Virus record (IMG/VR): IMGVR_UViG_3300000117_000003
Strand: one strand, 5' to 3'
From: a virus
DNA length: 41,176 nt
In this document: positions 8,066 through 16,847 of the stretch, in pieces
Layout: the number at the start of each line of letters is the position of its first letter
Position numbering within the stretch: position 1 is the stretch's first letter
Made by a program: the position numbers and the translations under genes
Notes under the pieces: generated by a model
Databases searched by the model: none
What the model saw: the letters and a program-made list of their open reading frames with translations, nothing else
Told to the model about the DNA's origin: nothing

Positions 8066-8458
8066 ATGAGAGGTATCCGTTATGGATATCGTTCTGGTTT
8101 AGAAGAAAAGATAGCTAAACAAATTGCAGATGCAGGTCACAAAGTAATCTACGAACAGGAAAAGATTAGTTATGTCGTACCCCAAAGAAATGCCAAGTAT
8201 TGTCCCGATTTTAAGTTACCTAAGAAAGACGGTTTCTTTTTCGTAGAAACGAAGGGTATATGGAATGTGGGTGATCGACAAAAACACTTGTTTATCAAAG
8301 AGCAATTTCCTGAGATAGATATCAGATTTGTATTTAGTAATTCAAAAAGCAAGTTATACAAGGGTTCTAAAACTACTTATGCACAATACTGTGACAAGCA
8401 TGGATTTAGATATGCAAACAGGTCAATTCCCCCCGATTGGCTAAATGAGCATAAGTAA
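8066..8458 (+). CDS. T7 endonuclease I (gp3)-like Holliday-junction resolvase (ORF open from 8021; ATG 8066 preferred)
   Basis: RSGLEEKIAKQI...YCPDFKLP...FFFVETKGIWNVGDRQKHLFIKEQFPEIDIRFVFSNSKSKLYKGSKTTYAQYCDKHGFRYA is near-collinear with T7 gp3 (YTPDF...FVETKG...DRKKHLLIREQHPELDIRIVFSSSRTKLYKGS). Confidence 0.93.
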   Translation: MRGIRYGYRSGLEEKIAKQIADAGHKVIYEQEKISYVVPQRNAKYCPDFKLPKKDGFFFVETKGIWNVGDRQKHLFIKEQFPEIDIRFVFSNSKSKLYKGSKTTYAQYCDKHGFRYANRSIPPDWLNEHK

Positions 8459-8471
8459 CTCTTAGGAGAGT

Positions 8472-8495
8472 AGGGGATGGCTTCGGCTGTCCCCT
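8472..8495 (+). terminator. Stem-loop with UUCG tetraloop after the endonuclease gene (terminator or processing site)
   Basis: AGGGGATGGC-TTCG-GCTGTCCCCT forms a 10-bp stem including two G-U pairs, followed by TTTCATT. Confidence 0.45.
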
Positions 8496-8518
8496 TTCAT
8501 TAATTTAAGGAGAGAGCA

Positions 8519-10120
8519 ATGGATGATGGTAGTGATAGTAATTTTTTAAGACACATACCATGTGACAACTGCGGATCATCTGATGCTAACAGTTTATATG
8601 ATGATGGGCATTCTTACTGTTTTGCGTGTGAAACGCATACACCTGCTATGAGTGGATCAATAGACATTGTTGCTGTAGTTAACAATCAAAGTAAAGGGTT
8701 ACTGGATGGAAGATACGCATCACTAAAGAAGCGTGGTTTAACCGAAGAAACCTGTAGGAAATTCAACTATATGTTAGTTGATGATTACAAGGGTAAACCA
8801 GTACAAGTAGCTTGCTACAGAGATAACAACAATCAAGTAGTAGCCCAGAAACTTAGAGACTCCTCAAAGAACTTTACGATACTTGGGGATGCCAAAGCAA
8901 TGACACTTTATGGTAGCCATTTGTTCAGCACTGGTAAAAAACTAGTGATAACTGAGGGTGAACTAGATGCTATGTCAGTGAGTCAAGCTCAAGGTCACAA
9001 ATGGGCTACTGTAAGTTTACCTAATGGGTGTCAGGCAGGTAAAAAGTCACTCATGAAAGCATGGGATTATTTAGAAGCTTTTGAAGAAGTAATCTTGATG
9101 TTTGATAATGATGAGGCAGGTATAGAGTCAGCCAAACTATGTGCAGAGAGTCTACCAGTAGGTAAAGCTAAGATTGCCTCTATAGCACCATACAAAGATG
9201 CTAATGAAGCTTTATTAAAAGGTGATACCAAAGCAATCATCAATGCCATTTGGCAAGCTAAAACTTATCGACCTGATGGTATCACCAGTTCAGCAGAATT
9301 AAGAAGTGTTGTCGGTAAATCGGATGTAGCTTCATCAGTTTCTTATCCTTACCAAAGACTCAATGACATCACTAGAGGCATAAGAACTTCAGAATTGATT
9401 AGTGTATGTGCAGGAAGTGGAGTAGGTAAATCAACTTTCTTAAAAGAACTCATCTACCATTTACATACAAATGGAAATACTTGTGGCGCAATCATGTTAG
9501 AGGAATCTACAAAGAGAACTATACAAGGATTAACAGGTATTGAACTTAATAAAAACATTTGTATTGACCATGATGTAGCTACTGAAAAAGAGATAAAGAA
9601 AGCATTTGATAAGTTATTTAAGAAACACCCTATCTATCTATTTGATCATTTCGGAGCTTCTCAAGTAGACACTATTTTGAATCGAATTGAGTACATGGCT
9701 AAAGGTTTTGGCTGTAAGTACATATTTCTTGATCACATTTCAATATTGATATCAGGGTTAACTGGTGGAGTAAATGACGAAAGACGACTGATTGATTCAG
9801 CAATGACTTCATTAAGAACTTTAGTACAAAACTTAGACATTTGTTTATTCGTTGTCTCTCATTTGAAAAGACCAAGTAACGGAGGCAGTCATGAGAATGG
9901 ATCTAAAGCAAAACTGAGTGAACTTAGGGGATCACACTCTATAGCCCAACTAAGTGATTTTTGTCTATCCCTTAATGTAGACAAAGATAACCCAAGTGAC
10001 TACAGGTCACTAGAAGTTTTAAAGAACAGATTTACTGGTGAAGTAGGGTACGCAGGCACTTTAGCTTACAACAGGGAAACTGGTCGTTTATTAGATGCTG
10101 ATAAAGACAGTAAATTTTAA
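8519..10120 (+). CDS. T7 gp4-like bifunctional primase-helicase
   Basis: Zn ribbon CDNCGSSD...HSYCFAC, TOPRIM EGELDAMS and MFDNDEAG, Walker A GSGVGKST, Walker B IFLDHIS. Confidence 0.95.
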   Translation: MDDGSDSNFLRHIPCDNCGSSDANSLYDDGHSYCFACETHTPAMSGSIDIVAVVNNQSKGLLDGRYASLKKRGLTEETCRKFNYMLVDDYKGKPVQVACYRDNNNQVVAQKLRDSSKNFTILGDAKAMTLYGSHLFSTGKKLVITEGELDAMSVSQAQGHKWATVSLPNGCQAGKKSLMKAWDYLEAFEEVILMFDNDEAGIESAKLCAESLPVGKAKIASIAPYKDANEALLKGDTKAIINAIWQAKTYRPDGITSSAELRSVVGKSDVASSVSYPYQRLNDITRGIRTSELISVCAGSGVGKSTFLKELIYHLHTNGNTCGAIMLEESTKRTIQGLTGIELNKNICIDHDVATEKEIKKAFDKLFKKHPIYLFDHFGASQVDTILNRIEYMAKGFGCKYIFLDHISILISGLTGGVNDERRLIDSAMTSLRTLVQNLDICLFVVSHLKRPSNGGSHENGSKAKLSELRGSHSIAQLSDFCLSLNVDKDNPSDYRSLEVLKNRFTGEVGYAGTLAYNRETGRLLDADKDSKF

Positions 10121-10290
10121 GAGGCTAATTTGAAAAATGACCAAGGGGTTCTAATGGTATGTCCTTCCATTAGCATTTCTTCAACAGTATCTTTTTTCCA
10201 GTAACCAGCACCTTCACATTTGTCAATAGCTTCTTGTATAGTTATTTCTACCCATTCTTTTTCGCCTACAAATTGTTTTAACACTTTCAT
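10117..10290 (-). CDS. Small hypothetical protein (57 aa, below the ORF-track cutoff)
   Basis: ATG at 10290-10288 preceded by AAGGAGAG. Translation: MKVLKQFVGEKEWVEITIQEAIDKCEGAGYWKKDTVEEMLMEGHTIRTPWSFFKLAS. The stop overlaps the primase-helicase stop region. Confidence 0.5.
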   Translation of the reverse strand: MKVLKQFVGEKEWVEITIQEAIDKCEGAGYWKKDTVEEMLMEGHTIRTPWSFFKLAS

Positions 10291-10305
10291 AGTTCTCTCC
10301 TTTAT

Positions 10306-10581
10306 TTAAGTTAGTTTTTCTTTCACTTTGTTAACATATTTTTGAATATACTTAGGTAAGTCATTTGACTCATCAAGTTCAAAGTAATCTCTAGACACTT
10401 CACCCCATGCATCACTACCTCGTCTTTTTAAAATCTCAACATGATTACCATCTTTGATTTCAGCTATTACTGATTCAATATCATTTATATCCCAGTGGCA
10501 TATCAAGTCAACATGATTACCATCCTCATCTAGACTATTAATTTGCCATTCATAGAATGTTTCTAAACCTTTATTACTCAT
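10306..10581 (-). CDS. Hypothetical acidic protein (91 aa)
   Basis: ORF preceded by GGGAGAGAAAA. It lies antisense to the surrounding replication genes. No motif recognised. Confidence 0.6.
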   Translation of the reverse strand: MSNKGLETFYEWQINSLDEDGNHVDLICHWDINDIESVIAEIKDGNHVEILKRRGSDAWGEVSRDYFELDESNDLPKYIQKYVNKVKEKLT

Positions 10582-10831
10582 TTTTCTCTCCCACGCTTTC
10601 GCGTATTAGTTAAAAGGATTTCCAAGTTGTTAAAGAACGGCAGTTAATAAGTAACTGCGTATATATATATTATAACATATTGGCTCTAGCCCACTGTTTA
10701 TAAGGGTTTCAGGCGATTTGGTTTTTCTCGAAATGAGTAATATTGAGGCTGAGTACCTTATGTTATGGTTGGGCTAAAATATTTTGCGCAAATCTTTTCG
10801 TTTAAATTCAGTAACTTACAAGGAGTAACTA

Positions 10832-11092
10832 ATGTTGAAAGCCGATGGTTTTGACAAAGCAATCTTAGGTAAAACTTTTGATACAGCAGTCCAAGAAGAA
10901 AGACTTATTTACTCTTTAATTAAATGTATTGATGTACTTGTTACTAGGGACAAAATGACACCTGATGAGGCATTTGAATACATGGAATTTAATGTTTTAA
11001 ACACTTATATCGGAAAATCACAGCCGATATTTTTATTCGATACTCAATATGGAGATGGTATATGTCAAAAGGAGACAACTACAGATCTGTAG
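10832..11092 (+). CDS. Hypothetical protein
   Basis: AAGGAG SD 7 nt upstream. 86-aa ORF with no motif recognised. Confidence 0.6.
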   Translation: MLKADGFDKAILGKTFDTAVQEERLIYSLIKCIDVLVTRDKMTPDEAFEYMEFNVLNTYIGKSQPIFLFDTQYGDGICQKETTTDL

Positions 11093-11223
11093 ATAAAAAG
11101 AAATACGATAGCGAATTTGATCGCATCTTTGGAAACAAAAAGAAAAAGAAGAAACCAACAGAAGGATCTTGGGATGCCAATGGTTCACCAGTAGAAGATG
11201 TAGCTAAAAGGAGTAACAACTGA
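11062..11223 (+). CDS. Small basic hypothetical protein (53 aa, below the ORF-track cutoff)
   Basis: ATG 11062 is preceded by GGAGATGG. Translation: MSKGDNYRSVDKKKYDSEFDRIFGNKKKKKKPTEGSWDANGSPVEDVAKRSNN. Its TGA overlaps the DNAP ATG (TGATG). Confidence 0.4.
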   Translation: MSKGDNYRSVDKKKYDSEFDRIFGNKKKKKKPTEGSWDANGSPVEDVAKRSNN

Positions 11224-12974
11224 TGTCAAGAATTGTATTCGACTTGGAATCTAATGGATTACTTGAAGAATTAGATACGATTCATTGTATTGGTTATGTC
11301 GATTTAGACTCTAAAGATAAACAAATAGAAGTTTCTACTGATATTGAAGCAGTCTTAAAGTTACTTGAAGATGCTGATGAAATCATTGGGCATAACATTG
11401 TTCGATTTGATATCCCTGCTATTCAAAAAGTTTATCCAAAGTTTAAAGTAAAGAAAGCCACAGATACTTTAGTTTTATCACAGCTAGTCAAAGCTAATTT
11501 ATACAATGATGATTTCAGTAATGTGTCTTTACCTCCTGAGTTTCTTAAAAGAATGTATGGAAGCCACAGCTTAAAAGCATGGGGTATGAGAATGAGTAAT
11601 CTAAAGGATGATTATTCAGGTGGATGGGAAGAATGTAATGATGAAATGCTCAAATACTGTAAGCAAGATGTAGCAGTAACCAGAGATTTATATAGCTTAT
11701 TAATGGCTGAGGATTTCAGTAAAGAATCTATAGATCTTGAGCATACACTCAATGAAATCTGCTATCGAATTGGAAACAATGGATGGTATTTTGATGTCGA
11801 AGCAGCCAGTAATCTTTATGCAAAGTTAGCTCAAAGAAGAACAACATTGGAATCTGAGTTAACTACTTTATTTCCAAACTGGATTGTAGAAACACCCTTT
11901 ACACCTAAAGTTAACAATAAGAATCTTGGGTATGTAAAAGGTGAACTGTTTATAAAGAAGAAGGAAATCCAATTCAATCCGAACAGTAGGAAACACATCT
12001 ATAAGTGTCTAAAAGATAAATACGATTGGAAACCTGATAAATGGACTCCTTCTGGTGAAGCTAAGATAGACGAAAGTGTCTTGAGTACACTCCCATATCC
12101 TGAAGCAAAGAAACTAGCAGAGATGTTTTTGTTAACTAAAAGAATTTCACAGTTAGCTGAAGGTAATCAAGCATGGTTAAAGTTATGTGGTAAAGATAAC
12201 TACCTTAAACATACTTTAATAAGTAATGGTGCTGTGTCGGGTAGAGCTTGCCATAGATCACCAAATCTTGCTCAAGTACCAAGTGTAAGAGCTAAGTATG
12301 GAAAAGAATGTAGATCATTGTTTACTGCACCAGAAGGGTATTCAATTGTTGGCTCAGATTTAGATGCTTTAGAGTTACGTTGTTTAGCTTACTGGTTAGA
12401 TGATGATAATGAATACTACAGGCAGATACTTGAAGGTGATATCCATAGTTTCAATCAAAAGAGTGCAGGTTTAGAAACTAGAGATCAAGCTAAGACATTT
12501 ATCTATTCGCTTATCTTTGGTGGCGGTGATTTTCTCATTGGAAAAATCGTAGGTGGTAACTCAAGAGATGGGAAGAAACTCAAAGCAGACTTTGAGAGAT
12601 CTGTCCCTGCATACAAAAGATTAAAGAATGAGTTAGCTAGAGCTTATAAAGCGAAAGGTTATATCAAGGGACTAGATGGAAGAAAACTCTATGTTCGTAG
12701 TGAGCATAAACTTCTTAGCCAATTACTCCAATCTACAGGAGCAATAATTTCAAAGAAATGGGTACAAGAAGTAGATCAATTGATAACAAAAGAAAAGTTA
12801 GACGCAAAGATATGTGGTTTTATCCATGACGAAATACAAATAAGAACTTTAAATAAGGATGCAGAATATGTCGGTAACATCTCTAGAAGAATGGCGCAAG
12901 AAGCAGGAAATAATTGGGAGATGCAAATCTCCGCAGGATTTACCATTGGAAGCTCTTGGGCTGAAACCCACTAA
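11223..12974 (+). CDS. Family A (T7-like) DNA polymerase with 3'-5' exonuclease domain
   Basis: Exo I VFDLESNGL, Exo II GHNIVRFDIP, Exo III YCKQDV. Pol A GSDLDALELR, Pol B RDQAKTFIYSLIFGGG, Pol C FIHDEIQI. The C-terminus ends in His as in T7 gp5. Confidence 0.95.
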   Translation: MSRIVFDLESNGLLEELDTIHCIGYVDLDSKDKQIEVSTDIEAVLKLLEDADEIIGHNIVRFDIPAIQKVYPKFKVKKATDTLVLSQLVKANLYNDDFSNVSLPPEFLKRMYGSHSLKAWGMRMSNLKDDYSGGWEECNDEMLKYCKQDVAVTRDLYSLLMAEDFSKESIDLEHTLNEICYRIGNNGWYFDVEAASNLYAKLAQRRTTLESELTTLFPNWIVETPFTPKVNNKNLGYVKGELFIKKKEIQFNPNSRKHIYKCLKDKYDWKPDKWTPSGEAKIDESVLSTLPYPEAKKLAEMFLLTKRISQLAEGNQAWLKLCGKDNYLKHTLISNGAVSGRACHRSPNLAQVPSVRAKYGKECRSLFTAPEGYSIVGSDLDALELRCLAYWLDDDNEYYRQILEGDIHSFNQKSAGLETRDQAKTFIYSLIFGGGDFLIGKIVGGNSRDGKKLKADFERSVPAYKRLKNELARAYKAKGYIKGLDGRKLYVRSEHKLLSQLLQSTGAIISKKWVQEVDQLITKEKLDAKICGFIHDEIQIRTLNKDAEYVGNISRRMAQEAGNNWEMQISAGFTIGSSWAETH

Positions 12975-13245
12975 AGATAAACCTGCTGAATTTAAAGAAG
13001 ATGTAGAGCAGATCTTATCTTTCTATATTGTTTTAGATAGAGCATGGAGAAAACCTCCAACACTTAAATCTACATTTTCAAGAGAAGGTGCTTTTCATAT
13101 AGCTATTTGTGCCTCAATGAATTTTATTACCAACTGCATTAATTATGAAGATGATATCTATGGTAATGAATGGTTAATAACTGAAGCAGGTATGAATTTT
13201 AAAAAGGAGTTAGACAATGCGTTACGCGACCTTATCGAAAAGTAA
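12859..13245 (+). CDS. Hypothetical protein, start uncertain
   Basis: The frame is open across the 240-bp gap between DNAP and the exonuclease. The only ATGs upstream of residue ~97 (12859, 12868) lie inside the DNAP gene, 107-116 nt before its stop. Confidence 0.4.
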   Translation: MQNMSVTSLEEWRKKQEIIGRCKSPQDLPLEALGLKPTKDKPAEFKEDVEQILSFYIVLDRAWRKPPTLKSTFSREGAFHIAICASMNFITNCINYEDDIYGNEWLITEAGMNFKKELDNALRDLIEK

Positions 13246-13975
13246 ACCAACATTATTAATTGATGCTGATTTATACCTGTATAGATCTTGTGTCGCCTCA
13301 GAAGAAGAAATTTGTTGGTCTGAAGAAGATGACATTTGGAGTCTATACGCAGATCTTAAAGTAGCTAAACAGATTTTCACAGAACAAATAGATAGCTTTT
13401 GTCAAAAGTTAAATACATCAGAAATACTAATGTGTTTGTCTGCACCAGATAACTTTAGAAAAGATGTTTACCCTCTCTACAAATCAGGAAGAAAAAAGAC
13501 TAGGAAACCACTTGGATATAGAGCATTTGTTGATTGGTGTAAAGAAACTTATCCATATCACGTTGAACCCAAATGTGAAGCTGATGATGTTATGGGATAC
13601 ATCCAATCATCTAATAAAACACCTACAGTTATCGTGAGTGATGATAAAGATCTAAAGACAATCTCAGGCAAGCTATATAGACCTATGAGTGATGAGTTAC
13701 TTGAGATTAAACCTAAAGATGCTGATTACAACTGGTTAACTCAATGTTTAGTCGGTGATTCAGTAGATGGTTATAAAGGATGCCCAAGAATAGGAGAAAA
13801 GACAGCTATTAAAGTCTTAGGAAATCATCCTAGTTGGGACTTAGTAGCCCAAGCATACATCAAAGCAGGGTTAACCAAGAAAGACGCTTTAGTCCAATCA
13901 CAGTTAGCCAGAATACTTAGACATACCGATTGGGATACAAAGAAAAACAAAATAAAACTATGGAAACCAAAGTGA
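13217..13975 (+). CDS. 5'-3' exonuclease / flap endonuclease (T7 gp6 role, PIN-FEN fold)
   Basis: LLIDADLYLYR, EADDVMG, VSDDKDL, and the H3TH-like LVGDSVDGYKGCPRIGEKTA. Confidence 0.85.
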   Translation: MRYATLSKSKPTLLIDADLYLYRSCVASEEEICWSEEDDIWSLYADLKVAKQIFTEQIDSFCQKLNTSEILMCLSAPDNFRKDVYPLYKSGRKKTRKPLGYRAFVDWCKETYPYHVEPKCEADDVMGYIQSSNKTPTVIVSDDKDLKTISGKLYRPMSDELLEIKPKDADYNWLTQCLVGDSVDGYKGCPRIGEKTAIKVLGNHPSWDLVAQAYIKAGLTKKDALVQSQLARILRHTDWDTKKNKIKLWKPK

Positions 13976-14169
13976 AACAAAAGAAAGAAAGACTGTGTGA
14001 AATCGTAGGTAAAAAGATGACACCAGAAGGCGATTGGATAGAAGTAAGTTTATTTACAGGGACAATCTTTGAGTGCGAATGGTATTGGGACTCAAGAGAA
14101 TGGATTGGATTTAAAAACATGAAAGTAATAACTAAGGAGAAAACTAATAATGAGCAAGAAAGCAACTAA
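13930..14169 (+). CDS. Hypothetical protein (alternative start 13960)
   Basis: 79-codon ORF in the same orientation, overlapping the exonuclease 3' end. No motif recognised. Confidence 0.45.
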   Translation: MGYKEKQNKTMETKVKQKKERLCEIVGKKMTPEGDWIEVSLFTGTIFECEWYWDSREWIGFKNMKVITKEKTNNEQESN

Positions 14170-14485
14170 AGAAGATTGGCGCAGACTACAAAAAGAAGCT
14201 CCTGCATTACCAACTAAAGATGAATGGGAAGACATAGCTAAACACCACAAAACCTTAGATAACATTAACCCTAGTCATTACAAAATGCCAAACAATATGG
14301 AAGCTATAGATATCATGGTAGAAATCTTTGGGAGACCTGCGGTTACTAAATGGGCTGAGATCAATGCCTTTAAATATGTGTTCCGTATGTATAATAAAGG
14401 TGCGAGAGTAGACAACATCAAGAAAGCAATATGGAATCTTGAGTTTGCTTTAGGAAAAGATCCCAGAGATAAAGACAATGCCTGA
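14150..14485 (+). CDS. DUF3310-like phage protein
   Basis: INPSHYK...MEAIDI...WAEINAFKYVFRMYNKG...DNIKKAIWNLEFAL matches the pattern I associate with that family. Confidence 0.6.
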   Translation: MSKKATKEDWRRLQKEAPALPTKDEWEDIAKHHKTLDNINPSHYKMPNNMEAIDIMVEIFGRPAVTKWAEINAFKYVFRMYNKGARVDNIKKAIWNLEFALGKDPRDKDNA

Positions 14486-14663
14486 TTACATATTCAAACT
14501 AAAACAAAGAAACCCAACAACACTTAAAGTAAGAGGAAGCAATATCATAGAAGCAAAGAAAACCATTGTTAAAAGATGCTTTCAGTCATTCAATGGTTTA
14601 AGTGCTGAGGATTTCAGTCTTGAGTTAGATCGTGTCTTAACAAAAAAGACGGCTAAAGATTAA
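14478..14663 (+). CDS. Small hypothetical protein
   Basis: 61-codon ORF overlapping the previous stop (ATGCCTGA). It is the last rightward gene before the convergent terminator. Confidence 0.45.
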   Translation: MPDYIFKLKQRNPTTLKVRGSNIIEAKKTIVKRCFQSFNGLSAEDFSLELDRVLTKKTAKD

Positions 14664-14676
14664 CTCAAGCCGTCTT
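14646..14676 (-). terminator. Rho-independent terminator for the leftward small-gene block (hairpin shared by convergent transcription units)
   Basis: AAGACGGCT (14646-14654) pairs with AGCCGTCTT (14668-14676). On the minus strand the hairpin is followed by TTTTTT. Confidence 0.6.
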
Positions 14677-14716
14677 GAAGATGTATTGTATGTCATCTCC
14701 ACTATTTACCCTGTCA

Positions 14717-15088
14717 TTAAGCACATTCTCTGCATTTCTGAGCAGGTATCGTTTGACCTGTTAGCATTGCACCTAAAAATAAAACTGCACATTGACTCGC
14801 TGATTGTCTTTTGTCAATGAGCATACATGGAGCGTCTTCTTCAAAATGCCATGTGATCTTATCTTCCCAACAAACAATAGATTCTGAAGATTCTAATGTA
14901 TGTTCATCACACATTTCTGATAAAGACACTTGGGACATAAGAAACCCAATCTCACCAGTTTCATTGTTGTTCACAATTTGCATAATATAGTCTTTTAAAT
15001 CTTTACCACCTGCTTCTAAACCTGCGCATACATGGTCACTAAAACTTTGTGCGTTCTTACCTAATTTTATTTCTTTTTTCTTACTCAT
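14717..15088 (-). CDS. Hypothetical Cys-rich protein (123 aa)
   Basis: ORF preceded by TAGAGGAGATAGAGAGAT. No motif recognised. Confidence 0.6.
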   Translation of the reverse strand: MSKKKEIKLGKNAQSFSDHVCAGLEAGGKDLKDYIMQIVNNNETGEIGFLMSQVSLSEMCDEHTLESSESIVCWEDKITWHFEEDAPCMLIDKRQSASQCAVLFLGAMLTGQTIPAQKCRECA

Positions 15089-15422
15089 ATCTCTCTATCT
15101 CCTCTAATTTATATGTTATACCATCTTTTCTAATTAATAAACATAACCACTCAGTACCTATCGTTTCAAGATAACCATCAACTTCTTTTGTTGGGTATAC
15201 ATTACAATGTAGAGTCCCTGTAGAGTCGCATTTGTGAACCCCTGTGTCTTCTCCTGTTTGATCCCAACATTCAATGTCGAATGATTTATCATCAATTTCT
15301 ATACCAGTCCAAAGTGATTCTTCTCCGTTTTTATCTTTACAGAAATTATCAAATATTTTTATAGCTTTATTGGTGGCTATCTTTAATTGGTCTTCTGTAA
15401 TCCAGTCAACTTTTGTCACCAT
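15081..15422 (-). CDS. Hypothetical acidic, Cys-containing protein (113 aa from ATG 15422)
   Basis: ATG 15422 is preceded by GAGGAGATTT. The longer ORF-track start lacks an SD. Confidence 0.6.
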   Translation of the reverse strand: MVTKVDWITEDQLKIATNKAIKIFDNFCKDKNGEESLWTGIEIDDKSFDIECWDQTGEDTGVHKCDSTGTLHCNVYPTKEVDGYLETIGTEWLCLLIRKDGITYKLEEIERYE

Positions 15423-15690
15423 AAATCTCCTCACCATAAAAATTATTAACGAAATCATAATAATCAACAGAAATCATGAGCATATACGCATCTTCATATT
15501 CAGCGTTGTTTACTTTTACTAAAAGATTATATCCGTCATGTATTTCTGCATCAGAATGACATAAACTCTCTATCTTCAAATCATCTTTACACCATAGAGT
15601 TATTTCGTCTGCTGTATCTATATCAAAAGCTGATAAACCTACAGCGTTCTCAATCATTTGTTCTTTTGATATGTTGTATAATTCACCCAT
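15406..15690 (-). CDS. Hypothetical highly acidic protein (94 aa)
   Basis: ATG 15690 is preceded by TAGAGGAGATTACTG. The protein is Asp/Glu-rich throughout. Confidence 0.6.
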   Translation of the reverse strand: MGELYNISKEQMIENAVGLSAFDIDTADEITLWCKDDLKIESLCHSDAEIHDGYNLLVKVNNAEYEDAYMLMISVDYYDFVNNFYGEEIYGDKS

Positions 15691-15866
15691 CAGTAATCTC
15701 CTCTAATTACCATTAGTTTTTGATCTATTATTGATTTATATATACTGCCTTCCTCAGATAAATAGATTGTTTTTTGTTTATCTTTATTACCACAACAAGG
15801 GCATACATCAGTATGTTGGTCAATTTCAAAATAATGACTATCACATTTTAGACATTCAACTATCAT
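15690..15866 (-). CDS. Small zinc-ribbon protein (58 aa from ATG 15866)
   Basis: CLKCDSHYFEIDQHTDVCPCCGN gives CxxC...CxxC. ATG 15866 is preceded by AGAGGAGATTTCTG. Confidence 0.6.
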   Translation of the reverse strand: MIVECLKCDSHYFEIDQHTDVCPCCGNKDKQKTIYLSEEGSIYKSIIDQKLMVIRGDY

Positions 15867-15987
15867 CAGAAATCTCCTCTCTGCAATTACAACCAAATTC
15901 CTCAAAAAGTTTTTCTGACCATTTACCTGTCTTATCAGATATTCCGCATTGACAGTTATTTTCTATCCAATATTCTATTTTACTCAT
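15856..15987 (-). CDS. Small Cys-rich hypothetical protein (43 aa, below the ORF-track cutoff)
   Basis: ATG 15987 is preceded by the same AGAGGAGATTTCTG element. Translation: MSKIEYWIENNCQCGISDKTGKWSEKLFEEFGCNCREEISDDS. Confidence 0.45.
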   Translation of the reverse strand: MSKIEYWIENNCQCGISDKTGKWSEKLFEEFGCNCREEISDDS

Positions 15988-16183
15988 CAGAAATCTCCTC
16001 TACTGATTCGTCTAAACGCTCTAAGAAATAAATTAAATCATGTATCAAATCTTCTAATGTATTGTCATTATCCGTTCCACCATGCACTCTTTTAATATCT
16101 CCTAAAGAATGTGATTCAATAGTTTTTCTTATGTCATACGCATTGAATAATGCGTTGCTTGTTTCATTACTTAGATTTTTCAT
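15980..16183 (-). CDS. Hypothetical acidic protein (67 aa)
   Basis: ATG 16183 is preceded by TAAGGGAGAATAAGG. Confidence 0.55.
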   Translation of the reverse strand: MKNLSNETSNALFNAYDIRKTIESHSLGDIKRVHGGTDNDNTLEDLIHDLIYFLERLDESVEEISDE

Positions 16184-16315
16184 CCTTATTCTCCCTTATT
16201 ATTTGTATTTCTATATTTAATAAACTTGAGAGCTAGAGATCTACTGGTAAATGTTTCGCCAGTAGATATCTGAAACTCTCTCTTGTTTATCTTTGTAATC
16301 TGATGACACATACAA

Positions 16316-16510
16316 TCACCAGTTACTACTGACGGCTTGATAGTCAACGCTAGATATATTTCTACCCTGATTGATTAGGTCGTTACATAGCTCTATGTTT
16401 ATGCCATGTTGCTCGCACAATTGTTTTACAGTCAAACACTCTGCCTGCCATTGTTTATATATGTAGACAGAGAAAGCATCACTAGCTTGTACTCTTGTTG
16501 TTGTATTCAT
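16316..16510 (-). CDS. Small protein with possible HTH (64 aa from ATG 16510)
   Basis: ATG 16510 is preceded by TAGAGGAGATAAACAA. LTVKQLCEQHGINIELCNDLINQGR looks helix-turn-helix-like, but the call is weak. Confidence 0.5.
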   Translation of the reverse strand: MNTTTRVQASDAFSVYIYKQWQAECLTVKQLCEQHGINIELCNDLINQGRNISSVDYQAVSSNW

Positions 16511-16567
16511 TTGTTTATCTCCTCTAGTTATTATTAATAAAAGTAACCATATCAAGCAATATAAAAA

Positions 16568-16831
16568 CTATAATTGACCTAATACTTTGTATATTAAATC
16601 CCACGCTTTTTTATTAGGGGTTTGAAAGTCAACATTTTCTTTCAATCCTAAATGATGAATTCTTCTCCTTTTGGCTACTGATGCGTCACGCAAATTATGC
16701 TTATATTCGTGACCCCAAAAATACGCAATACCCATATATTTTTTCGTCCCAACATACGATTGATCTAACTTATGTAAGTCACATAATGATTCAAAATCAA
16801 TAGCGTTTAAATTGATACTGTAATTACTCAT
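16568..16831 (-). CDS. Hypothetical basic protein (87 aa)
   Basis: ATG 16831 is preceded by TAACTAAGGGAGAAAT. Confidence 0.6.
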   Translation of the reverse strand: MSNYSINLNAIDFESLCDLHKLDQSYVGTKKYMGIAYFWGHEYKHNLRDASVAKRRRIHHLGLKENVDFQTPNKKAWDLIYKVLGQL

Positions 16832-16847
16832 TTTATTTCTCCCTTAG

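Noticed and set aside
16186-16311. 41-aa minus-strand ORF (MCHQITKINKREFQISTGETF...) in the 16184-16315 gap
   Set aside because: It has no clear SD, and the interval contains a 9-bp-stem hairpin (16239-16267). That hairpin fits an intercistronic RNA structure better. Left uncalled.
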